This document shows positions 12,625 to 24,513 of a DNA stretch of 64,000 nt, piece by piece. This stretch comes from Nemertoderma westbladi. Lineage: Eukaryota > Animalia > Xenacoelomorpha. The position numbers were made by a program, and so were the translations under genes. The stretch is taken from the NCBI GenBank assembly GCA_032718475.1, contig JAUCBJ010008582.1:4481-68480 (forward strand), given 5' to 3'. Under the pieces are notes generated by a model. The model was not told the origin of the DNA and did not search any database. It worked only from the letters and a program-made list of their open reading frames with translations. Each line of letters starts with the position of its first letter. Position 1 is the stretch's first letter.

Positions 12625-15600
12625 TCATACTACAGGACTTATGGGGCGAGTCACTAGTTTACCTTGGACGTTGGGAGACGGTGCGACCATTTCCTCACAA
12701 GCTCGCCTCTTAGTAAACCCAAATCCTCGTCCAACTCCTCGTGACCGATTAGTTGGTTCTACCGATGGCAAAACGTCTGGGAACGCGCTGGAAGAGGACG
12801 GCGCAGACCCAAGACAAGCTTGTGCCCCCTTTTGATCGGCTGGTATGTGTCCCAATCCTCCTCGCGGTTCTCTGGGAAGTGACACCGTATCTCGAGTAAC
12901 TCGAATAGTCGGCTCAAATCCCTTTCGTTCTTCAATGTTAAGAGTTTTCTTTAATTGTTGGCTCACTTTCTGAACCCTTATGATCCTGTTCTGTCCGTCC
13001 TCCCGAGGGTGAAGTGCAGACGGCGCAACCGGAGTGGCTGGTTTGTCGGTCGCCTCTAGGATCTCCTCTTCCTCGAATACGCTCGACCGTATACGTTTAT
13101 GGTAGAAGGCGGCTCGGTACGCCCATGCGACTGTTAACCCAGCTCCCTTGTTTCGCTTTTCAGTTCGAAAGCGGTAGAATTCACCATACGTGATACGATT
13201 AACGACTTTCTGGAAATTCCAAGTGTTCTTATTGTCTGGATGAATCTGCAATAAATATTCTCGCACGACCCTGAATCCACTATCGTGAGGCAAAATGTCA
13301 ACTACCTCTATCAATTAATCATACTGTGGCATAGCGGAGATATATCCTTCCGACATCATAGTTTGAGGATTTACCGCCCAAAATCCGAGGTGTGCTCTCA
13401 TCGGGAATCGTCTTCTTTGTGCCGATACATGTTCGTCAGCTAAATCTTCCCAATTATCAAACAGTTTTCTTACGAGTTTCACCGACTCGTGTTCATATGG
13501 TATGTCTCTCAACTGACATTCAGATGCTCGATGTCCCTTTATATTGCAGTATGAGCATTGTGCCATAAATCTCCAGCAAGTATAAAACGTATGGGATCCC
13601 TGGTCTCCACACCATCCACAAATCAGTTGAGTCGTAGTAATATGTTTTCCGCTGCATTTCGTTGAATGATGTCCAGCGACGCCACATTTACCACACATCG
13701 TATTAGCAGGGTTCCACACTCACTCATATATAAGGTCACCAATTGGTCGAGCGCTTCCTCCCACACTATAGTCATAATCGTCTGGATCTACAGTTTGGTA
13801 TGTTTCAGAAGGTTGTATACAAACTACAGCATCCGTTGCTTCAAGTTGAAAAATCTCCGTCTGGGATTTCTTCGGGAGCTTCCTTTCGATCTCAAGAAGT
13901 TCCTCCAGAGGATCACCGATAATCGTTGTTGCTTCAGAATCATTACCGAAGTGACCGATAGGCGCGCGCGTCTGCCGTGATTCGTCAGTAACCTCTACGA
14001 TACGTTCTCCTTCATAAGGTAACATTGTAAACATAGATGGTCTTTCGATAAGAGATCCCGCACAGCGAAGATACACGTCTCGAAATATACTAAATCCTGC
14101 TCGAGTAAAGGCATTGCACTGAGCGTCGGAATTGTAGAAGGGTTCGAGAAATCGTCTAAACACGTCAGTATGAATTCTCCCTTCCTCGTAGAACGTATGT
14201 CCTTCTCCGAGACAAAGTGGATGTCTTTTAAGAGTCCGAGACACAATGTCGGCGATTAAGCAAACATTCACTGATGACTCTATCGCTAAATAATATTGTA
14301 TTACTGCTCTTGGAGGTGACGTAATAGCCCAATACACGCATCCTCTCCATTTTAGCTGTGATTCAAACTAATTCATATCTGGAGTATCACCTTCTCCATA
14401 TGTTTCAATATACTTGGTTCTTTTACTTTCCTTGTAATCCCAATTAAACATCAGGTAGGAAATGTATCCCATTCCGGTCTTTTGTGTATCATACTCCCGG
14501 AAAAATCCTTGTTCTATGGACCATAGTATAAGAGGTCGAGTGTCGACGTAAGGTGTCGGTAATCTGTCGTCACTATCCGACATGCCGGCAAAGTCGCTAA
14601 TTAAATCCTCTCTCACTCCTGATCCAATCTTTACAACGGTTTTGTCTAAAATAATGTTTCTTACCATCTTCGGTAACATTCTAGCATCGATGTTGCAGGC
14701 CTGGTCCATCTTCCTTACGATATTGGTAATGAGATGGTGCCGCTTAGTAGTTCCTTGAGGTATCGGCATTCGGTTGTCGCTCCTTTGTCTACTAAAAACG
14801 TACAAGACTCCGTCTGCCGCTCTAATTTGTATAGTCTTAGAAGTTAGACTTTGTTGATGGCTGCGGCCCTCATTATCATAAAACATATAACCATTTTCTT
14901 GAAATGATCTAAGCGTCCTGTGCCATTCGTCCATTAATTTTTCCGAAGGTTGCCAAATCTTCTCTATATCTTTCTCGTCCTCGAAACGAATAACTTTACC
15001 TTGCCAATTTGTGGCGATGTCTGTATCCGATTCAAAGGTTCCTGTCCCGATCCATAAGCGAATTGTTCTGGTCAGATATCCTTTCAAATTACTCGGAGCT
15101 ATATCGGCGCCAGCTCTATCCAGTTCTCTAAAGTCTTGAATATGCGGCGGAACGTTATGCACGACCTTTTGCGTAATGTGTCTACGTAAATCATATATTT
15201 TAACCATATCGCTCAGAACAACAGCAGGAAGGAACTCTAAGTTTGAAATAATTTCCGGATGATCCACGATAGGTATTTCATAAGTCGTATCTTCTCGAAC
15301 TGGTATACTAATAGGGAAATTGAGTGTCTTACTCAATGGTTTCGTAGTCGGAGTACTATGCAGTTGCATTTCTCTTGTCCTTTCCGGGGATGCAATCTGT
15401 AGTCTCTGAATAACGTTTTGGGCAAAGTTTATACTTTCGAAAATTTCCGGTGGGTGTCATCTCCTTAGCTGAAGTCTGATCGTGTGACGTCCAATGGTAA
15501 GGTAGGCTCGCAAGTCTTCCGCCCCATTCTTCCATCTCACCTTTCTCGAAAGCCTTATATGCTCTGTATAGGCTAAGAGCTTCTTTCTTTTCGCGGGTTG

Positions 15601-16291
15601 ACTGAGTCACCTCTTCCAGCGTAAGTTCAAATGCATCGGGTTCAACAATCTTAGGTGGACAAACGACAATTTCTCCCGCCTTTGGTCCACACATAGCGAA
15701 TGAATGATACGGATTAGATAAAGGATACCCTCCTTCCTGGTAACGTAGTTGTTGATGGTTCGAACACCTCGCCAATATCGGCTCGGGATTTTCCTTATTC
15801 AAACGCATCGGAATCGCCTTTTGTTGTTCGCGCATACAATCACCACATTGATAATAAAGTTTATAAACTGAAAAGGCTTCCTTTGTTTCTCTATCGTCTC
15901 CTCGAGTTCGTATGTAAAGATGCATTCCATCGAATTCATCGCGTACCACAGGCATAGGTTCATGCGCCTTCAGGTATTGCATGGTATGATACAAACGACT
16001 TATTTCTGTATCTAGGTCTTCACTAATATCTCCCGTATCGCATAAAGCATCGTACGGATAAAGTTCGTTGAAGGTTTGACGCAAACTTTCGATTCTCTCG
16101 TTTAAAGCGTTCTGCCTCCTCTTTAATACCATTGAGTCATATTTAGTTTTAGCGAGTTTTGCTGTACTCTCCGATAAATCTTTTATTCCAAATATAGTGT
16201 AGTCTTTTGCTCCGAATCGTTCAAATGGAGCTGCTGCTTCCTGTTGAATATCATATCCCCATCTCGGCTCTCCAGATATCCCCTTTGCCAT
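12625..16291 (-). pseudogene. Extra retrotransposon ORF3 (about 1200 aa reconstructed): unknown N-terminus, DEDDy 3'-5' exonuclease, three CCHC zinc knuckles
   Basis: 15369..12625 is one frame broken by three stops; ExoI YMFYDNEG..KTIQI, ExoII ILDKTVVKIGSGVREDL, YVDT, ExoIII W..QYYLAIE; knuckles CGKCGVAGHHSTKC, CGWCGDQGSHTFYTC, CSYCNIKGHRASEC; one frameshift near 15360. Confidence 0.8.
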
Positions 16292-16957
16292 TATTAGATG
16301 TATTTGTTACATAATCATTACTACTAGAGGGAATACAACAGAGTTTTATGTTAGTTGTGAGGAGATTTGGGAGTTTTTCGTCTGCCTTTTTGGCTCGACA
16401 ACGCTCTAACCTCCTACCCATAGCCTAAGATCTAGGGTTTCTTTAATGACACACTGTTTCTTATTTAAAATTTTGCCGAAATAAAAACGATTTGGGCTAA
16501 ACTGGCTGTGAGTCTAAAATACTCACCTTTTGATCCCAAACTATTATCAGAAAAATAAGCAATCAAGAATTAGTAATATTATAGGGAAGTCTATTGGTTG
16601 ACGTAACTTATTGAAACAAGACCGTGTAAAATTTAATTTAATTTTAAGAAAGGCTCGCGAGTCTTCCGTTCTCTTGTTTCTCTAATTTTAAGTTCCACCC
16701 GACTGTACCCTGAAATCCATTCACTGGAGAATCAATTTAAAAAATTTTTCAAATGCAAATGGATTGTCTAAAATTTCGAAAATGTCTCATATTGTGAGTT
16801 CCAAGTAGAATTCCATTTCTTATACCTACAAATCCCGCTCCTATGTGACACATAAGGGTACTACCCTTTAATGTTCACATATAAAGACAATGGAATTCTA
16901 CCGCTGTCTTTACTACAGTGTACAGGTACGTGGAAATCTATTTGGTAAACACATATA

Positions 16958-18170
16958 TTATTTACTAAGATTTGTTGGAGACTTATAATCTCCAGACTCA
17001 TTCCGAGTCTCTTCAAGAAGTACGAGACGTTGAGTCGGTCTGTCTACAGTACGACCGTCAATTGTCTGTACCGTCACAGTCCTTGTCACTCCGTCCATAG
17101 ATGGGTGTGTATCTAAAATAACACCAGTTAACCAGAAGCGTCTTTTTAAATTCACTTCTGCTAACAGTACATGATCGCCCGGTTTTAAAGCTCGAGTGTT
17201 ATTATACCAAGTAGTTCTGGCAGAAATAGAGGGCAAATAATGGTTTTGCCATATTTCCCAGAATTTGTTAGCTAGTAGTTGCGTGATTTTCCACGCCTTT
17301 CTACCATAGCTATCGCCTTCCATTGGAATAGAAATAGGCATCAATGTAGTCGGTGCCTGCATTAGCAGGTGAGCTGGTGTTAAAGCAAACTGGGATTGTT
17401 TGTCATCGGGTACTAATACTATGGGTCTAGTATTTAGTATTACCTCGATTTCAACAAACAATGTGGTCAATTGGTCGTCTGTCAAGATGTGGTGTACTGG
17501 AATGACTTTTGCCATGGCTGTTTTAATGGATCTTATCAGTCTCTCCAAGACTCCGCCTCTCCATGGACTATCTGGAGGGTTAAATCTCCAAACAATCTTG
17601 TAAGGACGTAATTCGTTGGAGATCTGATCGTGATCTAATTTCTTAAAGGCCCTTGCAATTTCATTTCGAGCACCAACAAAGTTTGTACCTTGGTCTGAGT
17701 ACAAGCATTTGCGATAAATCGCCGTAATGCTAGTATAAAGGCGTTAGTGGAAAGATCCATCACACGTTCAATATGAACTGCCCTACTGGACATGCATGTG
17801 AATATCAGTCCCCAACGTTTTACTAGTATACATCCACATTTCGTATTTATGGGACCAAAGCAGTCAATTCCAGTCTCTGTGAAAGGTGGTCTGAATGCTT
17901 GTAGTCGTGCTTGTGGAAGTTCACTCATTTCTTGGGTACTTATTCTAGAATGTACCTTTTTACAAATAATACACATACGCGTCACTGAACTTAGCGCTTT
18001 ACTGGGTCTAATTAATACAAATCTTGTACGTAAATGTGAAAGACAGTGGTGTCTTCCAGCGTGTTTTAGTTGTAAATGTGCGTCCAGTATCATTGCACGT
18101 TGTAATTCGTGATGTTGTGGTATTATTATTGGGTATCTAAAGTCTGTATTAAAGTCAATGTTTTGAAGCC
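16958..18170 (-). pseudogene. BEL/Pao integrase, copy A, frameshifted near 17705
   Basis: HHCC, DCFGP, FTCMSSRAVH, YSDQGTNF, WRGGVLERLI. Confidence 0.93.
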
Positions 18171-20006
18171 GAGATTTATGACAAATTAAGCCATTATAAA
18201 TTTATCGGACTCCAACTCAATATTGGTGACGACTTGATTGGTTGACCTTGACTTATAGATGTGAATTCGCGTGCGAAATATCGCAATTGGTAATGGCGAA
18301 TTAATTTAATTTCACATCTGTCAATCTCAGTCAATGTAAGTCGTCGTGTAAAGTCGCGTTTGCCCTTAACGTATTGTACAAAACGTACAATCCACGCTAA
18401 TTTTCGGCACGCTTTTGTCCAAGAATCTGTCAGGTTTACAATACGGTCGACATAAGTATTTATGACGTCATCAGGTAAGTCAGTGATAAGTCTGGAAGGT
18501 CTAGTTTAACTAGATGGGCCCACGGGATACTTTGTTGAGTCGATCCTTAATGGTGGTTTAAATTCTATGGGATCACTGGATTTCGGTAAACTTATGTTTC
18601 TGCCGATATTTATCCCAGGTCCCACCGTGGGTTGTAAGGTTGGTATGTCTCTTGAGCGCAAAGTAACACCTGTATTTACATTTGTATAGGTACTACCCAC
18701 ATCTGAAATACATGAGGTTTCACTGTACTTATGGTTACTCAAGAGTGTCAAATTTGGTAGTTTGTCAATAGAAGGCCGCTCCAATAGAGAAACTGCGGCT
18801 TTACTATGTATTGATGTGTTACCAATGTCTGGTTGACCGTCTGGTAACATGTCTGGTTGATCATCTGGTAACATGTCTGGTTGACCGTCTGGTAACATGT
18901 CTGGTTGATCATCTGGTAACATGTCTGGTTGACCGTCTGGCGATACGTCTGGTGAAGAAAGGCTCGCAAGTCTTCCGTTTTTAACTTTATAAGTTATATT
19001 TGTAATTTTACAATTTACAATTTTACAATTCTAATTTGTAATGCGCCTAGCACAATAAACTACCCGACCGCCTGAACGGTACAATCTTGATTCAGGCAAG
19101 ACACGGTAACCTTCTCTTGGCCTACAGACTCCAATACAAGCAATGGACACCGTTGTACTACAAAATAAGCCACAAGCGCACCTATACATGGCAAATAAGT
19201 TAGGCGTACAGTTGTGATGTACCCTACCAATGTACATGCCCCGTAATGGTGTGCCTGCGTCCTATCTGTGTACCTGTATCTATTCTCTCTCTCTCTTTTA
19301 CTCTCCCCCGTAGGAATGTGAAGGAGTACCGCGGGTTCTGCCAGAATCAAAACAGTACAGTTCCTAAATTTAAATTTTGGCGCACAGCGTGTCACTACGT
19401 CTACCTTTGATCTCAGGTCTTACACTTAGGTAGCAAGGCATCAAACGCTGTCTAACCTTTCAGGCGATGGGCGAAGAACTATGAATCGATATTGTGGGTG
19501 GTCTCCTTTCTACATTCCACCGATGTTCCCGTTCATTGCTGCGGCCTGCTGCTTAACCTGCCATCTGTCCCTCAGTTGGGTTCACCGTGGTGAATCATGT
19601 TAAAACAGATGTAACAATAATTCTAACTTTATTACAAATAGCAAACAAATTACGAAGATAAAGCACAAAGATAATCTAGTGATTAAGATTGATAACTAAT
19701 TGCACAAAACGCACCTTTATATAGTAAATTAGTGCTGCCAATAATCTAGATAAATCTAGATCATTCTATAGGTTCCATTACGTTTTTAAAGATAACCATT
19801 GGTCCAACAAACGCATAACTTGCACGACATTGGTTACTGTCAAATAACTGCAATTACATTGGTTAATCTACCTTGAGCAGATACAATTCAATCGTAGCGG
19901 TCAATTCAAATAAGTTGAAAATTGGCACAAAAAACAATTTACACCTGCTAGGATTTGAACTCGATACCTATCAAACGATTTTCTAACGCATAACCAACTG
20001 AGCTAC

Positions 20007-22111
20007 GGCTGGGGTAAGATAGCCTGATTGGAGGGGGGAAGAAAAAATGACAACAAAGGAGGAAAAAGGGGGGCAAGAGAAAAGGGGAAAGAAAGGGAAG
20101 GATAAAAAGGGAAAGGACGGAAAGGAAAGAAAAAGACAAGAAAGTTATCGATCTTAGCTTACAAGTATCACTATCTCAACCTCGTGTCTGTCGGTCTGTT
20201 TGTCTGACGGTATGTCGTCGGTCGGTCTGTCGGTCTAATCTTTGGTCTCGATTAAATGAGGCCGTTTCTGGCGTCGCACAATTTCGTGGTCCGCCGCTAG
20301 GTTGTGCTAAATATATTGTCATCTAGGCTTACTAACTCACTCTCGTGCAGCGCGAAGGCCCACCCCACGCCCTCGTGTTGCGTTAAAAAAGAGAACAATG
20401 GCGAAAGGGAAAGAAAATAAAAAAGAGGGTTTGGAATTAAGAGAAAATAAAATTGGAATAATACACACATTTCTTTGCTTTTAATAATTAGTAGATAAAT
20501 ATTTATTGATTAAATACTGTAAATGCCGCATTACACAATTTAACGGCAGTGAAACGTTTATGTAATTAAATAACGGTATACCTTCTTTTCGTGCCATTAT
20601 GGTAAATGGCACCAAAAAAAGGTATACCGTTATACACGACGTTATATTGAACTTATATTAGCTATTATAATAAATTGAGCTATTACTGTATAAAAAACGT
20701 AGGTCCTTCCTAAATTACAGAATATTATTATACTGTAATATAATAAAAACTACAGTTACATAAGGTAAAATTGAACATATGTTAAAATTGTACGTCGGTA
20801 AACACGTAATATAATAAATTATATACGATACTTTGTGTAGTATTTTGCTGATCAGAGTGGCCTGTAACACAAGTATAAGTAACTTAGTTGTTACACGAAC
20901 GAACGTTGGTAGTGGGTGTAAATTAAGCCACAAAACTGTAAAGTTATGGGATCAAACACTGAAAAGTTATGTAGCCTACAGGTAGCGTTACTTACGCAGT
21001 AACATGCGCTCTCCCTTTTGACGTTCATAAAAATAGATATTCGATAGGTCATCTGTCATCAAATACTCCCCGTTCCCCAATCGTTCCCCAACAGCGATAT
21101 GTTCCGATGTACTTGCTCATCTGGTGCTTCATGTTCGGCGGTAAAATATCGGTGGCGACTGGGCACCGCCACTTCCCCTTTATAGCCACATTTGGCCCCA
21201 AACCAAATTATATCAATTTCGTTTCGGTTCTAAGCATTCTTGCAGTAGTTGTTTGTACAATATGTGTCTCGTCAGTTTGTTTGTATAGTTGGTGTTTCGC
21301 CAGTGTAGTTGTTTGTACAGTAGGTGTTTTGTCAGTAATTGTTTGTAAAGTTTTGGTGTTTCGTCGGTAGTTGTTTGTATAGTTGACGCAACTTGTATAA
21401 ATAACTTGTATTTATGTATTTATGACACATTGATGACTCATTGCTGGGTCTGCTGTGTTAAGTCAAATGTATACAGAGTACAGCAGGGTGGCAGGCTGGA
21501 AACCAATAACCAAGCCTTGACCTGGTGGCACCTACTACCAGTACAAGTAAACCACATAATGGAGTCTACAGTATGTGCTTGGCTTCCCAGATAGAGAGAT
21601 AGACACTGGTTGGTTATGTACAATACAAGGCCGCTGTCCACTGCGTCAAGATACAATGAAGCAAGTTCTATGCAGCTATGCTTAGATGTAGGGTCACATA
21701 CTTTATGATAATATACACCACACAACTCATTATTTACATGTTTGTTTGATTTAAACAAGAATGCAAATTAAAAATATTCAAATGGAGCATTCACATATTT
21801 TTTGTTAATTTTTTTCCGTAATGAAATACTTAGTTACGTCTGAATTTATTATTAATTCATAGTACAATCCATTCTCGGCATCCAGAAAGTTTTCAACTAC
21901 AAACAGCTTATGAATTCTAAATTAGCCAATCACAGGCCTCGGTTACTAAGTTGGATTCAAGATGGAATTCCCTAGCTAGCTAAGTTGAACAACCAATCAA
22001 ACGTGTCTCTGCCTGGGACGTACCTTAGCCCTCTGCCTAGGACGGACCTCAGCTTAGCCTAGGACGCACCTAGGACGCACCTCAGGGCCAACTGTTTTTG
22101 GGCTGAGCTAC
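20007..22111. mobile_element. Non-autonomous TIR-less element inserted in the tRNA-like A box, copy 1 (Dada-like candidate)
   Basis: 2105-bp unit including one CTGAGCTAC; that 9-mer occurs at 19998-20006, 22103-22111 and 24208-24216; no credible ORF; family assignment is inference. Confidence 0.8.
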
Positions 22112-24216
22112 GGCTGGGGTAAGATAGCCTGATTGGAGGGGGGAAGAAAAAATGACAACAAAGGAGGAAAAAGGGGGGCAAGAGAAAAGGGGAAAGAAAG
22201 GGAAGGATAAAAAGGGAAAGGACGGAAAGGAAAGAAAAAGACAAGAAAGTTATCGATCTTAGCTTACAAGTATCACTATCTCAACCTCGTGTCTGTCGGT
22301 CTGTTTGTCTGACGGTATGTCGTCGGTCGGTCTGTCGGTCTAATCTTTGGTCTCGATTAAATGAGGCCGTTTCTGGCGTCGCACAATTTCGTGGTCCGCC
22401 GCTAGGTTGTGCTAAATATATTGTCATCTAGGCTTACTAACTCACTCTCGTGCAGCGCGAAGGCCCACCCCACGCCCTCGTGTTGCGTTAAAAAAGAGAA
22501 CAATGGCGAAAGGGAAAGAAAATAAAAAAGAGGGTTTGGAATTAAGAGAAAATAAAATTGGAATAATACACACATTTCTTTGCTTTTAATAATTAGTAGA
22601 TAAATATTTATTGATTAAATACTGTAAATGCCGCATTACACAATTTAACTGCAGTGAAACGTTTATGTAATTAAATAACGGTATACCTTCTTTTCGTGCC
22701 ATTATGGTAAATGGCACCAAAAAAAGGTATACCGTTATACACGACGTTATATTGAACTTATATTAGCTATTATAATAAATTGAGCTATTACTGTATAAAA
22801 AACGTAGGTCCTTCCTAAATTACAGAATATTATTATACTGTAATATAATAAAAACTACAGTTACATAAGGTAAAATTGAACATATGTTAAAATTGTACGT
22901 CGGTAAACACGTAATATAATAAATTATATACGATACTTTGTGTAGTATTTTGCTGATCAGAGTGGCCTGTAACACAAGTATAAGTAACTTAGTTGTTACA
23001 CGAACGAACGTTGGTAGTGGGTGTAAATTAAGCCACAAAACTGTAAAGTTATGGGATCAAACACTGAAAAGTTATGTAGCCTACAGGTAGCGTTACTTAC
23101 GCAGTAACATGCGCTCTCCCTTTTGACGTTCATAAAAATAGATATTCGATAGGTCATCTGTCATCAAATACTCCCCGTTCCCCAATCGTTCCCCAACAGC
23201 GATATGTTCCGATGTACTTGCTCATCTGGTGCTTCATGTTCGGCGGTAAAATATCGGTGGCGACTGGGCACCGCCACTTCCCCTTTATAGCCACATTTGG
23301 CCCCAAACCAAATTATATCAATTTCGTTTCGGCTCTAAGCATTCTTGCAGTAGTTGTTTGTACAATATGTGTCTCGTCAGTTTGTTTGTATAGTTGGTGT
23401 TTCGCCAGTGTAGTTGTTTGTACAGTAGGTGTTTTGTCAGTAATTGTTTGTAAAGTTTTGGTGTTTCGTCGGTAGTTGTTTGTATAGTTGACGCAACTTG
23501 TATAAATAACTTGTATTTATGTATTTATGACACATTGATGACTCATTGCTGGGTCTGCTGTGTTAAGTCAAATGTATACAGAGTACAGCAGGGTGGCAGG
23601 CTGGAAACCAATAACCAAGCCTTGACCTGGTGGCACCTACTACCAGTACAAGTAAACCACATAATGGAGTCTACAGTATGTGCTTGGCTTCCCAGATAGA
23701 GAGATAGACACTGGTTGGTTATGTACAATACAAGGCCGCTGTCCACTGCGTCAAGATACAATGAAGCAAGTTCTATGCAGCTATGCTTAGATGTAGGGTC
23801 ACATACTTTATGATAATATACACCACACAACTCATTATTTACATGTTTGTTTGATTTAAACAAGAATGCAAATTAAAAATATTCAAATGGAGCATTCACA
23901 TATTTTTTGTTAATTTTTTTCCGTAATGAAATACTTAGTTACGTCTGAATTTATTATTAATTCATAGTACAATCCATTCTCGGCATCCAGAAAGTTTTCA
24001 ACTACAAACAGCTTATGAATTCTAAATTAGCCAATCACAGGCCTCGGTTACTAAGTTGGATTCAAGATGGAATTCCCTAGCTAGCTAAGTTGAACAACCA
24101 ATCAAACGTGTCTCTGCCTGGGACGTACCTTAGCCCTCTGCCTAGGACGGACCTCAGCTTAGCCTAGGACGCACCTAGGACGCACCTCAGGGCCAACTGT
24201 TTTTGGGCTGAGCTAC
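22112..24216. mobile_element. Same element, tandem copy 2
   Basis: Almost identical to 20007-22111 (differences seen at 20545/22650 and 21228/23333). Confidence 0.8.
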
Positions 24217-24513
24217 TGAACCACTTGAATAATGTTGCACAAATAGCTATACCAAATGCAAATGAGAACTTAATGTAATCTTATAACATATGAACCTATC
24301 AAATAATGCAAATTAATTCCAACTAAATAAAATTTTGAAATTTCACGGCTTTTGTGAGGATATAATTCTATAGTAGGGCCTAGCTATATTATTATAACAT
24401 GGCTCCAAACGCCACCATAAATATAAGCTAACTGATTTATAACATAATTTATGTCACTTTTTACATTTATTTATACAGCAACAAATTTAATTTGTCCAGT
24501 TTCTATCACTTAT

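Larger units (their letters stand above)
11994..19597 (-). mobile_element. BEL/Pao family 1, internal copy A (gag-PR-RT-RNaseH deleted; IN and ORF3 retained)
   Basis: Leader 19031-19597 matches 10863-11429; 16837-19001 matches 543-2705; flanked by LTR-A and LTR-B. Confidence 0.93.
19598..24372 (-). repeat. LTR-A (5' LTR) interrupted by a 4210-bp tandem insertion
   Basis: 19598-20006 and 24217-24372 rejoin to reproduce LTR-B. Confidence 0.9.

Noticed and set aside
12625-16291. ORF3 as an envelope glycoprotein
   Set aside because: No signal peptide or transmembrane anchor seen; the motifs indicate an exonuclease and zinc knuckles
20715-23863. Short ORFs in the 2105-bp units as a transposase or recombinase
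   Set aside because: All 106 aa or shorter, low complexity or repeat-derived, with no DDE or tyrosine-recombinase motifs
20007-24216. Tandem unit as a pure assembly artefact
   Set aside because: The copies differ at two or more positions and every junction carries the same 9-mer precisely; long reads are still needed to exclude it fully
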